Origin: Callorhinchus milii | Taxonomy: Eukaryota | Assembly: GCF_018977255.1 (NCBI RefSeq) | Contig: NW_024704742.1 | Coordinates: 6,574,001 to 6,638,000 of the forward strand | Direction: 5' to 3' | DNA: 64,000 nt | Shown: positions 1-12,446 of the stretch, piece after piece | How the letters are laid out: each line of letters begins with the position of its first letter | How positions within the stretch are numbered: the first letter of the stretch is position 1 | Notes under the pieces: model-generated | Databases searched by the model: none | What the model was told of the DNA's origin: nothing | Seen by the model: the letters and a program-made list of their open reading frames with translations, nothing else | Position numbers and translations under genes: made by a program

Positions 1-265
1 CTGCATTGTTGGAGGCGCCATCCTTTGGATGAAATAAAGTCTCATCTGCCTCTTCGGGTGGACGTTACAGATCCCATGGCACTATTTGGAAAGCGGAGGG
101 AGCTTCTCCTGGTGTGGGGGCCAACAATCTGCCAAACAACATTGATTATTCACAGGGCTGCTGTGGAGCATTGCTGTCTGCCAATTATCTGCAGTCTTTG
201 CCTACAACATACACAGTTATCATACTGTAAGTTAAACCCATGAAGCACTTGTGAAACGTTGGTAA
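1..265 (+). mobile_element. DeuSINE (SacSINE1/AmnSINE1-like) fragment, cut by window start
   Basis: Deu-domain words (ggaggcgccatcctttggatga, gtggacgttacagatcccatggcactatttg, gagcttctcctggtgt) and an L2-like tail; similar to the longer copy at 60171-60590. Confidence 0.75.
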
Positions 266-277
266 GGTGAACTAGCA

Positions 278-482
278 GTCAATTTGCACACAGTACTGTG
301 CCACAAAACAGCCANTTTTTTTCCTGTTAGCATTATTGGCCAAATCACCCTTCTCAAATAGTGCCAAAGGATCTTTAACATTCATTTTAACAGACAGACA
401 GGGCTTTGGTTTAATGTCTCATCCAAAAGACAGGACCTCTAACAAATCAGCACTTGCTTAGCACTGTCGGAATTGTCGGCAA
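278..482 (-). mobile_element. DeuSINE fragment
   Basis: aaatagtgccaaaggatctttaaca...ggtttaatgtctcatccaaaagacagg is the reverse complement of the Deu domain. Confidence 0.7.
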
Positions 483-721
483 AATATGGGATCAAAGTTA
501 TGGTATTCATAACTATATATTTAAGGTAAAAGGTTAAAAATGTTTTGAAATTCCCCGCTCTGGGATTTCTTTACAATGGTAACCTGACTGAAAATGTTGT
601 TGAGCTGCCATCTTGAATTCTCGTTCAAGCCGATGTTTTCAACCGCTTATCGTTTTAAATAATAACCCTTGCATTTGGTATAGCATCTCTCACGTTGGGA
701 GGACATCCCAAAAAGCTTCAC

Positions 722-753
722 TGGATGGGAGAGAGAGAGGGGAGAGAGAGATG

Positions 754-784
<31 letters not shown>

Positions 785-788
785 GGTG
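722..788. repeat. (GA)n / poly-G microsatellite
   Basis: Directly visible GA dinucleotide run followed by a G run. Confidence 0.95.
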
Positions 789-907
789 GAGATATACTGT
801 AATGTGTAGTTATAGTGTATTTTTATTATTAAGGGATTATTACCCCCGGAAAGTGATCCAACAATCGAGTAAGAACCGGGTATCTACTTATTGCTAGTTG
901 AACAGTG

Positions 908-1238
908 AGCAAGCGAGAGGAACTGGGTTCGATTCCCGGGCACGGCGAGGCTTTGGTGGGTTTCCTTACTCCACACGCCTCTGTTTACCTAGCTGTAAGT
1001 AGGAACCTCATTGTTAGTCAATCGGCAGATCGCTTTCCTGGGGCTAATAATCCCTTCAAATTTTTTTTAAAATAATAATTTGGTCACTTAATCTATGGGA
1101 CAATTTGTGGGACACTGCTACGCACAATTGGCTGCCACGTTTCACATACAAAAATATACAGTCAATCCACTTGACAGTATATTCTGTGAAGCGCTTTGAG
1201 ATGTCTCGATGATATGATGAGGTGCTATATCAAATACA
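908..1238 (+). mobile_element. tRNA-headed SINE of the dominant family (family A: tRNA head + central core + Deu 3' part + L2-like tail), 5' end clipped
   Basis: B box ggttcgattccc, core tttccttactccacacgcctctgtttacctagc, tail ctgtgaagcgctttgag...gctatatcaaat; many related copies in the window. Confidence 0.9.
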
Positions 1239-2339
1239 AGAGGGTACAAGCAGCACTCTTTGGCTTGTGTGTCATAATGTCTTGGAAGCCATCCACAAAA
1301 GTGAACTTGGGATTGATTACCGAGACCAGGAGCCAGTTGGTGCCTTGGTGTGGAAACCAGATGATTCTCATCCTGCACAGAGACACGCTTAATGAAACAC
1401 ATTATCTAATCAGAGCTTCCCTGGTGCCTCTCTTGTTCCAGCTTCAGCAACTTGCCTTAGAGTGGAAGTTGGGCCACTTCGCCAGTGAAACTCCTAATGG
1501 AAACTTCACCTCACGCAAAGATAAGATGGATTTTTTGTTGGCAGCTGGGGCAGATTAAGAAGTTGAAAAGCAATGCTAGCTGGAAAAAGAGGAACAGAAC
1601 AGGTCTGGAGGAATCCTTACCTTCAGAGGCAAGCATCTGGTCCACATTAAGTCAAAGCTAGCGAGCTGCCTTTATTACACGAACCAGCCAGAGGACAGGA
1701 ATCGAAAGCTCTCCAGTGGGTTACCACGTTATTATTTTCTTCTTTCCTCGACATATCCTCCACTTTGTTGATCATTTTGGATCGGGACAAATGCTTTTAA
1801 AGTGCTGTCTGAACACGTTATTGCTTTTGTGAGTTCCCGCATCAGGAAATGAAACGGTCAGTGTAAAAGCTACAGTTTCAACCACCGGTGCGGATCTACA
1901 GATGGCCAGAAGTGTTGAGGGTGTTTGGCCAGCTACATTTTAAATAATTTAGCGCACGTGCATTTCAGCAGTGTTGAGAACATGGTGCGGTTATAGAGCC
2001 ACATATTCAAAGTGTTCCTGCGTACCCCTGTGAATCCCTGCTGACATTTCACATGATCCCTCATCACCCGCGATGCCTGAGCCATTTGCTGTACCTGCCA
2101 GCGCAAGTCTGGCAAGCTATTGGTATAACTTTATTTTTCCCATAGACAAAATCCCACTGCCAAGTGATTTTAGGTCTCCTTGTGATGGATTGTAAAGAAA
2201 CTCAGTTTGCAACAATGGGGTCCAATTTGCACTCTTTCTTAACAACATTCCTCTAAAAGGAATAGCATTACAATTCCCTTTGACTGGCGGGAACTCTACT
2301 CTGGGAGTAGATTGTCCTAGTAGGGTTTGTTCTTCCCAT

Positions 2340-2830
2340 TTGTTTGAGTTCAGCTGGGGGTGTACATATCACCATGCTTAAAAGTATCCAAGCCAGGCCC
2401 AAGTTCCACGCATTCCAGCTATACATGGAAATTTCTGTGTCTGGTATTGAATGCACACTCTCTCCCAAGAGAGATAATCCCTGCTTACCTAACACCCAGG
2501 TTGGCAGCAACAAAGGCTTGGGGACCCCAGAATGTGTGTTGGAGGTACTGTTGAAGTTTAACCAACTATAATCACATAGCTTGCCATTGAAAGCATTGTC
2601 CGGCAAAGCTTTTTTCTGCTTCTCCATCCGGGGCCACCCTACCCATTAGGGCTTTGACTTGTAGGGTTAACAGACGCTGAGTGGGAAGGATCCCTGCTTC
2701 CAGTCACTGGTTTGCCTCTCCGAGGCCTGTCAGTGTGTTAGATTGTGTGGTCTGTCATCAGCATTGCCCTGGAGTGCTGACCTAGCTGGCTCAGGACCAA
2801 GACAACTGAGATCGCCTCAGAGGATTGATT
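2340..2830 (-). mobile_element. Unidentified ~500-bp retroposon (family X), copy
   Basis: Colinear with 9470-10010 and with the reverse complement of 13785-14249 (aaggcttggggaccccaga, tagcttgccattga, gggttaacag). Confidence 0.8.
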
Positions 2831-3599
2831 TGGTTCCAAAATTCCATTGCCAAGCCAGTTTAGCTTCAAGAAGATCCATGCTGCAGGTTCCTGAATGGCA
2901 GCATAGCTCAGCATGAATTGTGTGAGAGCATTGCTACCATCTTCCTGCTCACAGCATGGGAAGGCATCTCTACCCACTGAGCAATGGTTCCAGCAATTAG
3001 AAGTATGGAGCTTGAGAAGCAGCTGCTTACCTCTCTACATACCAGTCAAGGTGGAGTCCAATCTCTGGAGATACAAACATGTGTACATGAAACCAGACTG
3101 CAGGCAACACCTTCCAGCAGTCATCAAATCAAGGCTTGGCGTTTCCTCATCAGCTCTCTGACAGACATCTGCCTTCACAGGACAGTTTTTTAGTGACATC
3201 CTAAGGATCTTAAAATGTCCTTTGCACCCATGGTCTTTCCTTGCACAGTGTGACCTATTCAAGTCATTGGAAAGAATATTAAAGAATCCCATCAAAATAC
3301 AGAATATTGGACAAATTCTCTACAGAGAGATAAAATAAGGAAGATGAGATAGGAGAGAAACCATATTACTACTCTTTAATGCAATACATACTGGTAAGGA
3401 TTACATCATAGTAAAAGCTCCATAGCTAAAGTTCAAACATTTCCAGACAACTTTGGCTTATAAACAAAACTCACTTATTGCTTTTATGAGCCAAAATTCT
3501 CTGGAAAATGTTATTGCTGAATTGTAGTTTCAGAGCATAGCCATAGAGCATATGCTGGCTGCGAATAAAAATCAAAGCTCTCACAGCTAGTCAGTATTT

Positions 3600-3945
3600 G
3601 AGGTTACTTTGTATGGATGAGGGTTTTTCACCCAAGGCACAAGAGAAGGAGGTCCTGTCTATCTGTTCAGGTGGCCGTTGAAGATCCCATGGTAATACTC
3701 AAAGAGAAGGGAGTTTCTCCCAGTGTCCTGGCCAACAATTCCCCCCGCCCACCCCACCCTCTTGCCTCCACTCCAATAAAATTGTTCATTTGTTTCATGG
3801 CTGTGAGTGAGACATTGTTAATTGCATATTACGTTTGCTTTCAAATACAGTCATTCCACTTCACAGTAAATTCTGTGAAGCTTTGAAATATCCTCCCAAC
3901 GTGAAAGTAGCAATACCAAATGCAAGGATTATGAATAATATAATA
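3600..3945 (+). mobile_element. DeuSINE, decayed
   Basis: ctgttcaggtggccgttgaagatcccatgg...gagtttctcccagtgtcctggccaacaatt plus tail ending aaatgcaaggattat. Confidence 0.75.
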
Positions 3946-4288
3946 ACATAATATTGTATATATAATTCTGTGAAGTTGGCTTCTGAGTGAAGATGCTTAA
4001 TAAAGTCAGCCTGGACACATTCAGGATTCGATGTTTTCTAATTCTTTATCAAATCTTGTAACTTAGACGCTGATGCAATGTAGATATGTATATATAAAAT
4101 AATGGAAATCCACAATTAGACAGTCAGCATTTGAAAGAGAAAGGTTTGTTATAATCTACGGTCTTTTATCAAGACCTTTTCTAGTTGAGATAATCTTGCG
4201 ACATCACAAATTAAGTAAACTATTGCAGAATCCTTCATTATAACACAGGTTCAGATGTGGACCTCAACATTTACTTACCCAAAATACC

Positions 4289-5520
4289 CTTTTTTTTATT
4301 TTCAAAATGTATATTTATTTATCAATACAATATTTGGTTCAACAAAAATCCTAAACAAACACAACATCTTCTGTTACAATTTTTTTTTTCTTTCTCCTGA
4401 TATATTCTCCATTGTTTACGGTACATTCCTTCACCGGACATAGGTTGTGCACACGTGTTTTGGGTCGCTCCCTTTAAAACAGTCGGGAGTCGCCCTTGTG
4501 TGCACCACATCCATGTGCGGGCCCGCGCACACCCTGATAAGGCACACTTGCCGCTTTCAGAGAGTGCCCCAATGTGCACCGTAAGCACACGTGTTTAAGG
4601 TACATACATTTTCGGGACACATAAGAACATAAGAATTAGGAGCAGGAGTAGGCCAGCCTGCCCCACCATTCGATAAGATCATGGCTGATCTATTCTAACT
4701 CCACCTACCCGCCTTATCCCCATATCCCTTAATCCCTTTATCCACAAGAAATCTATCCATCTCAGTCTTGAATATGTTCAAGGACTGAGCATCTACAGCC
4801 CTTTGGGGTAGAGAATTCCATAAATTGACCACCCTCTGAGTGAAGAAGTTTTTCCTCAACTCTGCGAAAGGGCTTACCCTGAATTTTAAGACTATGACCC
4901 CTGGTTATAGTTTCTCCAACCAGGGAAATAGTCTCCCACTATCTATTCTGTCGTTCCCCTTAATAATCTTATAGGTTTCTATAAGATCACCTCTCATTCT
5001 TCTATATTCTAGAGAATATAGAACTAAATTGCTCAACCTATCCTCATAACTCATCCCCCTCATCCCTGGTACCAACCTAGTGAATCTACGCTGTACCCCC
5101 TCCAAAGCGAGTACATCCTTTCTTAAATAAGGAGACCAAAACTGCCCACAATACTCTAGTTGCGGTCTCACCAGGGCTCTATACAGTTGCAGCAAGACTT
5201 CCCTACTCTTATACTCTAACCCTTTTGTAACAAATGCCAACATACCGTTACCATTCCTGATTGCTTGCTGTACCTGCAAACTAACGTTTTGTGACTGGTG
5301 TACAAGGACATCCAAGTCCCTCTGAACACTAACATTATCTAGTCTCTCCCCTTCTGAAAACTACTCTTTGGTTACATCTCCAGCATCCTTCTGTACCCTT
5401 ACGTTTACTTCAGTCAGTTTTGGGTGCAACGGTGGGCTATCTGGTTTGTGCCAGAGTGGCCTCTGCCGCGGTTGAGCCGAACTTCAGCTTGTCCCTCAGT
5501 ACATAATCCCTGATCCTACC
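4289..5520 (-). mobile_element. 3' end of an L1/Tx1-clade LINE (ORF2 C-terminus + 3' UTR + poly-A), interrupted by a CR1 insertion
   Basis: Minus strand 5517-5437 translates RIRDYVLRDKLKFGSTAAEA..., matching the Tx1-type ORF2 end as I recall it (xxDYVLRDxLKxGxxAA). T-run plus TTTATT at about 4289-4320 is the poly-A signal and tail on the minus strand. Confidence 0.7.
4617..5370 (-). mobile_element. CR1 LINE, 5'-truncated 3' end
   Basis: ORF 4905-5315 (LYRALVRPQLEYCGQFWSPYLRKDVLALEGVQRRFTRLVPG...RGDLIETYKI) is the CR1 ORF2 C-terminus; tail acataagaacataagaa is the CR1 8-mer repeat. Confidence 0.97.
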
Positions 5521-6959
5521 CAAAATACACATGGCAGCTCTATCAGTGCTGCACACCATGCATGGAAAGCCACCAAGCCTGTGTCACCGTGTTGGTGTCA
5601 GCATCCCTTCCTATGTGCTATAGATGCGTGAAGTGTAGTCAGGAGAAATTTATTGTCCTGGAAGTTATCTATCTTGGCTTCCCATAAGTGGCCCAGCATT
5701 TTGGAGCACTGATGGAGTCAGCCATCTCTGTGTGCATTACAGTGAATGCAGAAGTGCCTGTCAGGCTCGTTTATAGTGCTGATGGGAAATTTACAGACCC
5801 AAACTTCCACATTCTCACATGGCTCCATTGTATTGTAGATATTCAATGTTTGTTTTTGTTTCGGATTTCCAGTTTCTTTTGATAATCTCCAAAATAATGT
5901 GACATAATTTCCTTACAGTTCTGAACCGGTCAGGCAATGTCTACAAGACATGGATTGAGGCATCGAGGAGGAAGCCCTTGGAATTTTAACAAATTTATCA
6001 CCTTTGTTAATGCTGTCAAATTCATGAATTCACCAAGAGAATTTAGCAGCATAAACTGTCAATTGTGGTGGATCAAAATTGTGTCCTATGTCCATGGATT
6101 TCAGACCAATAAAGGTCTGTATCAATACAAGGTAAACCTATGCCTACTCCAACAGCAGAGGGAGCTTTTGATTGCTCCCTTATGTCTCCCTCCGGGAACC
6201 AGCATCAGTACAATGGTATCCTTGTTCTACACAGAATATTAATGAAAAACATGAGATTTTGAGGAACAAGTAATGGCTGTTGCCCCACCTAGTCTGTTCT
6301 GAATTGGCAATGTAGTCACTCCCATCCCACTGATTATTGTCCCTCAAAAACTCAACCCTATTTATTATCAAAATATATTTTGCCCACAAAATATAAAGGT
6401 AATTCACTTTACAGTATATCTTGTGAAGCACTTTGAAACGTCTCAAAGATGTGATAAGGCACTATATCGAATGCAAGGATTATTATTATTATATGATCAA
6501 GTCGATAGTTTATTCCAATATTTCCCTCTTCAACTAAAATCTTTTAATGGAATCTACAAACTCATTTTCAGTTTATCGGATCATAAGTTATTGTAAAAGT
6601 TAAAACAATTCAATTCTCTGCAGGAACCTCCATTGCTCTTCATTATCTTAATTTCCAAACGGTCTTTTGCTCCTCGCTGCCTGAAGCGATGGTTGAAGAG
6701 CATTTAAGAGGAAGTTAGATGTACACATGAGTGAAGGGGACCTGAAGGGTATGGGAAGGAGTAAGGAGCGGGTGGAATATAAACAACAAAAACAATAAAA
6801 TTATATTTATATAGTGCCTTTCATGTCTGAAGGACATCCCAAGGCACTGGGCAGTTATAATAATAATAATCCTTGCCTTATCATGTTTTCGAGATGTCTC
6901 CAAGCGCTTCACAGAATGTATTGTAAAGTGAATTGACTCTATTTTGTGGGTGAAAATAA

Positions 6960-7235
6960 GCTGAGTTTTATTCGGGGGATCATTGACCAGGACACAGGGA
7001 CACTCCCTTCTCTTTGCAGATAGTGTCCTTTGATCTTTAATGCCCACCTAATCAGGCAAATGGGGAGCTCAGATAAACAAACATCTCATTCGATGGACGG
7101 CAGGTCTGACAATGCAACACCCCCCAATACTGCATTGGAGTGTTAGCTTAGACTATACGCAAACAAGTCCTGACATGGAGCTTGAACCAACAACCTTCTG
7201 ACTCAGAAGCAAGAGTGCTATCAATTGGGCCAAGT
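6960..7235 (-). mobile_element. DeuSINE with tRNA head
   Basis: cttgaaccaacaaccttctgactcagaagcaagagtgcta is the reverse-complemented tRNA head, next to Deu-domain sequence. Confidence 0.75.
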
Positions 7236-7949
7236 AGCGTTTCAGAGTGCTTTCTTTTATTTTGAAAAATATTTTGCGCCAGTGGACATACACTATCCTT
7301 GATCAAGCTACAGAGGAGAGGTGGGTGATAAACTTATAAAAATTGATAAAGAATGTACAGGCCATTTGGTCCAACCAGTGCGTGCCTGTGTTCATACTCC
7401 ACATGAGTCGCAAATCTGCATTAATAAATTTGCACCATTACAACAGTTCTTTAAAAAAAATCCACAAACTTAAATTTTAAGACAAAATGATAATGGGCTA
7501 AGATTAGATGGAATTTTGGGCCTATGTTTCCTACACAAGGATAATGCATTTAAAGCACAGAAATGTTGTTAGTTCCAGATGCAATTTCAATAATACCCGT
7601 AGCTTAAATTTTTTCCCATTTGCCTACAGAATACATAATCACTGCACTTTACAGTAAATCCTCTGAGGCGCTTTTAGACATCCCCCTGATGTGAAAGGCG
7701 CTATGCCAAATACAAAGAAGGAAAAGTTGATAAATCAGATTATGTTATGTGGTTTTGTTTCTGTGATTTATTCCTATTTTCTTTGAAAGACACTCTGATC
7801 ACAAAAGCAATCTTTCTTCTCACAATACACACTTGAAACGATTTGAGACAAAGACGTGATAAGGTGCTATATCAAATGCAAGGATTATTATTATTACTGC
7901 CTTCTCCCTATTTTATATGCTCGAGGCTAAGCCTCTCGCATTGTGGTGC

Positions 7950-8930
7950 CTGGGTTTTTGTGCTGGATAGGGTTGATTCCAAACAAGGGCAATTTATTGA
8001 GGCACAATGCAAACAGATTAGCTAATACTATAGTTACAATACAGCCAACATGTGATTGAGCTGACTGCTCACAGCTGCATGCTGGACAACAACTATTTAC
8101 GAGATTTGCAGAAGCAGCAAATCCTGCAGGTACCAGAATGTCTAAGACCGACTCTTTGGAACTCAAGTGGAATAAAATCTCCTGCCGGATGCCAGGAGTC
8201 TCCTATGGCCACAATCTGGCTTCACGGATATCAAATCTTTTATTCACATCCGAACAGAGCTCCAAAAATCATCCACAGCCACCACCACCACTCTTTATAC
8301 ATTTGAGCAAGTATACGGTGTCATAGAATTCTATAAGGCTTCATGCATAAAACATCACAAGCTGTTTGCAGCCTTCTTACTCGAACAGAAACGACCCAAT
8401 GCTGATTCTGTTTCGCAATGTAGAGATGGAACCAGAGAGGTAAAAGAATGGAAGTAAACTCGGAGGTAGCTGCTGATGAGCAAAGATGAGATTGTTGACT
8501 CAAAATTCACCTAATGTACACTACCATAAGTGCTCCGAGATGCTACCCAATTGAAGGGCACTATATTAATGCAATTTGTTGTTGCTGTTCTACCATCAGC
8601 AGCATAGAGGTGATGTCTGGAGATAGAGAAGACTCCATCCCTCAACATTTTCAAGTGTAGTCTCACTAATGACAAATGTTTGTTAATAGCTAACTCTTCC
8701 AATGTTCATCACCCAAGGCATTAATCTGTATTAGGAAGAGAGGAGCTGTCAAATCCAGGGGTGGCTGTATGAGTGCTACCAAGATATATTGATATCAAGT
8801 AACTTTTAACTTTCCATCTCCTCCAAATGTTTGGCACTGTAATGGGAAGACTGTCGAGTGGGAATTGCCGCAGGAAGATATCAAATGGGTCAATGTTTCC
8901 CAGCGCTAATAATCTCAATTGCATTTAATG
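7950..8930 (-). mobile_element. Highly decayed Penelope-like element RT fossil
   Basis: Manual minus-strand translation gives, in order: GFDSSSLPN (cf. SFDVxSLFTN), GVFSISRHHLYAADG (cf. FxFxxxxYxQxDG), YIR..VNNLIFA (cf. YxRYVDDIF), FHSFTSLVPSLHCETE (cf. LNSLHPSLxFTxE); many stops and frameshifts. Confidence 0.55.
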
Positions 8931-9469
8931 CACACTAAACATTTGACAATCATATTATTTATTTATGCATTCCGTTGGTATTACACAACTCCCATCACGA
9001 ACTGGTCATAAAACATGAATGTGAAATAGTTACTGAGGATTTTGGATAAATAGACATGATTTTAGTCTGGTAAATCAGTCCTCCTTCTGCTCAACCACCA
9101 CACAGTTTATGCAAATCTTAGAGCCCACCCATATCTGTAACACAAAATAAGATGATTTCTGACTGAAGAACTCATTTCAAATTGATAAAGATTTCCAAAC
9201 AAAAACATGTTCAAAACTTGAAATGTATATACATATATAAATATCATACAGCTGAACAATGTGGTAAACAATGTGATAATTATCATATTGGGCAATAGAT
9301 TACTCCTCGGAGATGTTTCAGCTGATAGCTACAACACAACAACAACAAATTGCATTTATATAGCGTCTATCACATGGGGTAGTTTCCTGGAGCTCTTCAC
9401 AATGTCGGAGTCTGACATCGATAGCTGGCAAAGACTGCACCCAAATGGTTTTGCCCGAAGTCATTGAGG

Positions 9470-10010
9470 CATTTTCTTTGGTCAGACGGGTGTCTGACAC
9501 ATGCAAAAACCCATCGCCGTGCTTTGGAGTATGCAAACCAAACTGAGAATTTCATGCAGCCCACCTACACATGGAAACTCCAGACATAGATTGTTGGAAT
9601 GGAATGCGCACTCTCTCCCCAGAGGGACACATCCTGCTTACCTAATTCCAGTAAGTTTTAGGCGCAAGTTGGCAAGAGTCAAGGCTTGGGGACCCCAGAG
9701 TGTGAGTTGGGTTACTGCCTGAGCCTAACCTTCTAAAACCATGTAGCTTGCCATTGATATTGCTGTCTGGCAAGCTTTCCTCCTGCTTGTCCAGCTAGGA
9801 CCATTGTATCCGTTAGGACCTTGGCTTGCAGGGTTAACAGGAGCCGAATGGGATGATTCCCTACCCCCAATGACTTGCTGATGAGCCAGGCTGACTGTGT
9901 TGTAATCAGCAGTGCTCTGGAATACTGTGGACTTGCCTGGCACAGGACCTGGCCTGGAGACCGTCACAGACTCGATTCCGACATTGCTGCAGTCACTGAG
10001 CTGCCCACTG
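9470..10010 (-). mobile_element. Family X retroposon, longest copy
   Basis: Starts with a T-rich tail ttttctttggtcagacgggtgtctgacacatgc; colinear with the other copies. Confidence 0.85.
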
Positions 10011-11343
10011 TAGCTAGGCAGCTTGAAATGCTGGGCAGAGCGAAATGTTAGGCTAATTTCCTAACTCCACACACCTCCATTTACCTAGCATGAAGTAGGA
10101 ACCCAGTTGTTAGTCGATGGGTGGATCGGTTTTCCAGAGATAATGATCCATTCAAAAAAATGAGTTGCTGCGTTTCGCCCACAAAATATACAGTTCAATT
10201 AACTTTTCATTATGTCCTGTGAAGTGCTTTGTGACATTTCAAAGATGCGATAAGACGCTATATCAGATGGAATGATTATTATAGAACAATATCCAAGCTC
10301 TAAGAGCAAATTAAATTTGATAATTTCACTGTAGAGTAAGAAAAAGTTTAACCGTGCTTTCTGCTTACCGAAGAGCAGCACCACACCGCTGTGGGAAAAT
10401 TGCTACGTCTTTTTCAACAGATAGAAATTCCACTTTACCCTACTTATTAAAGTAAATGAGCAAACTACAAATGTCAATTTGAGTGTGTTTGAAAAAGCTT
10501 TTATTAGCAGCTAAACAAGAGCAGAGTGTTATGACAGCTCTCGTCCATTCTGCAAATCAGCACGTCAAACTTTCCGTGTGCTGCAGCCAGCACTGACGGC
10601 TCTAACGTGCTGTATTTGTGACAAAGATTTCTAAATAAGAAATGCGCAATTATTGAATTTCGAACATCAAATCTGAACATCACACTAAATCTTTCAGAAA
10701 CTTGACAGTACATTCTGAAGCACACTTGGTCTTTAGAAATTGATAATTCACACATTTCTCATATGAAATGTCATCAACTATTTGTTGCAAGTCTTTCCAT
10801 CAGTGATTGGCCTACTTATAGCATTTGGGTCATTTCCAGAGCTACCATTTTTGCTGTCTATAATGCAGCTGCACTGGGCTAAAGATATGTAAATATTTAT
10901 GGTTGTGTGAAGTGAAATTTCTTTCAGTGGAATTCTATTTAATAAATATTGCCTCACGAGTACACAGACTATGCTGGATGCTCATCAGTGAATCACAAGT
11001 CGGTAACACAGTTGAGGGGTTCTAATGCTGTTATGAACCATAAGAGCAAAGCTCAAGTGGTTACTGATAAGCAACTGAATCCCAAGACTCGTTTACTGTG
11101 TCAAGCACACCAATAGACCACCCAGTTTTATTCTGAATATTCCAAAGACAGTACATTTTGATTCACTGAAGGTCTAGTCACTGTTGCCTAAGATTTCTGA
11201 TCGCACGACTGACCAAATAGCATCACTAAATATTACGCATTTCAACAGTACTTTGGTTCAAAACACAGATATAAATGTATTAGCTGATGAATAGACTTTT
11301 ATACGACCCAGGTTCCTTCTCATTATGTAACTTTATAATATAA

Positions 11344-11730
11344 AATAATAATAATCCTTGCATTTGATGTAGCGCCTTATCACATCTTCGAGACATCTCA
11401 AAGCGCTTCACAGAATCTACTGCAAAGTGAATTGACTGTATATTTTGTGGGTGAAACACAGCAGCAAATTGCACACAGCAGTGACCCACAAACAGTCGTA
11501 GATTGAAGTAACCAATTTATTATTATTATTATAATAATTATTTGGTGGGGAGGAATTATTACTCCCGGAAAAGCGATCCTTCAGTCAAATAATAACCGGG
11601 TTCCTACTTACTGATAGGTAAACAGAAACGAGTAGAGTAAGGAAACTTGCCCAACATTTCGCCCTGCTAGGAATCGAACCCTGGTCTCTTGCGTGTGAGG
11701 CAAGTGCTCTAACCACTGAGCTACAGGACT
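11344..11730 (-). mobile_element. Family A SINE, full length
   Basis: (aat)n tail, body, and ggaatcgaaccc...ctctaaccactgagctacaggact (reverse-complemented B and A boxes). Confidence 0.95.
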
Positions 11731-12446
11731 TTACCCTAAGGGTCCACCTGACATCGCTCTGAGTCCCGATATATCTGCCTTCACAGGAATTTGGGCATGA
11801 TTGCCATCTCAGCTAAGGGAGCTGAGTTTCCCTGGTGGACAATCCCAGTGTGATAGGAGCACTCCAATGTGTTTTTGCAAATTTGTGCACAACATCCAAA
11901 GGAAGATCAAAACATGCTCACTTATAAAATGCTACATTGCTTTATAAGGAATCTGATACCGTTTTTGTTCCTGAAATTACTTTCGGAAGACAAGAGTTAA
12001 TATCCAAAATTGAGATTCGAAATAAATGTCAAACTCCCACTCGATTATTGAGAAATGCCTCATCAATCAAAAATAATGGAAACTGGAAATAAACCCAGCA
12101 GCCTGAGAAAGATTTCTGTTGAGCTGCAACCTGTACACATGAGTAGAACATATAAATATGAGCACCCCGCCTGTACGACCAGAGCAACATGAGAACTGGA
12201 TAGAAATGCCAAAGATAACTAATATAAAATTACATTAATATTTGCACAGACTTTCTCAAGAAAACTCATTTGAGGTTCAGTAGTCCTGCAACCACGTATG
12301 TTTAGAATCTTTAAGGTCTGTGGTCACATTTCCATATTGGATCCAATTAGCCCTATTTCAAAACCATATTTTTCCCAGTATATAAAGACATAAATATAAG
12401 GCATATTTGTGTTAGCCTTAAGTGAACTGAAGTAAACATCATTTGG

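Noticed and set aside
2860..3185. Possible RTE LINE C-terminus (PDCRQ...SRLG)
   Set aside because: A single weak motif; too little to call
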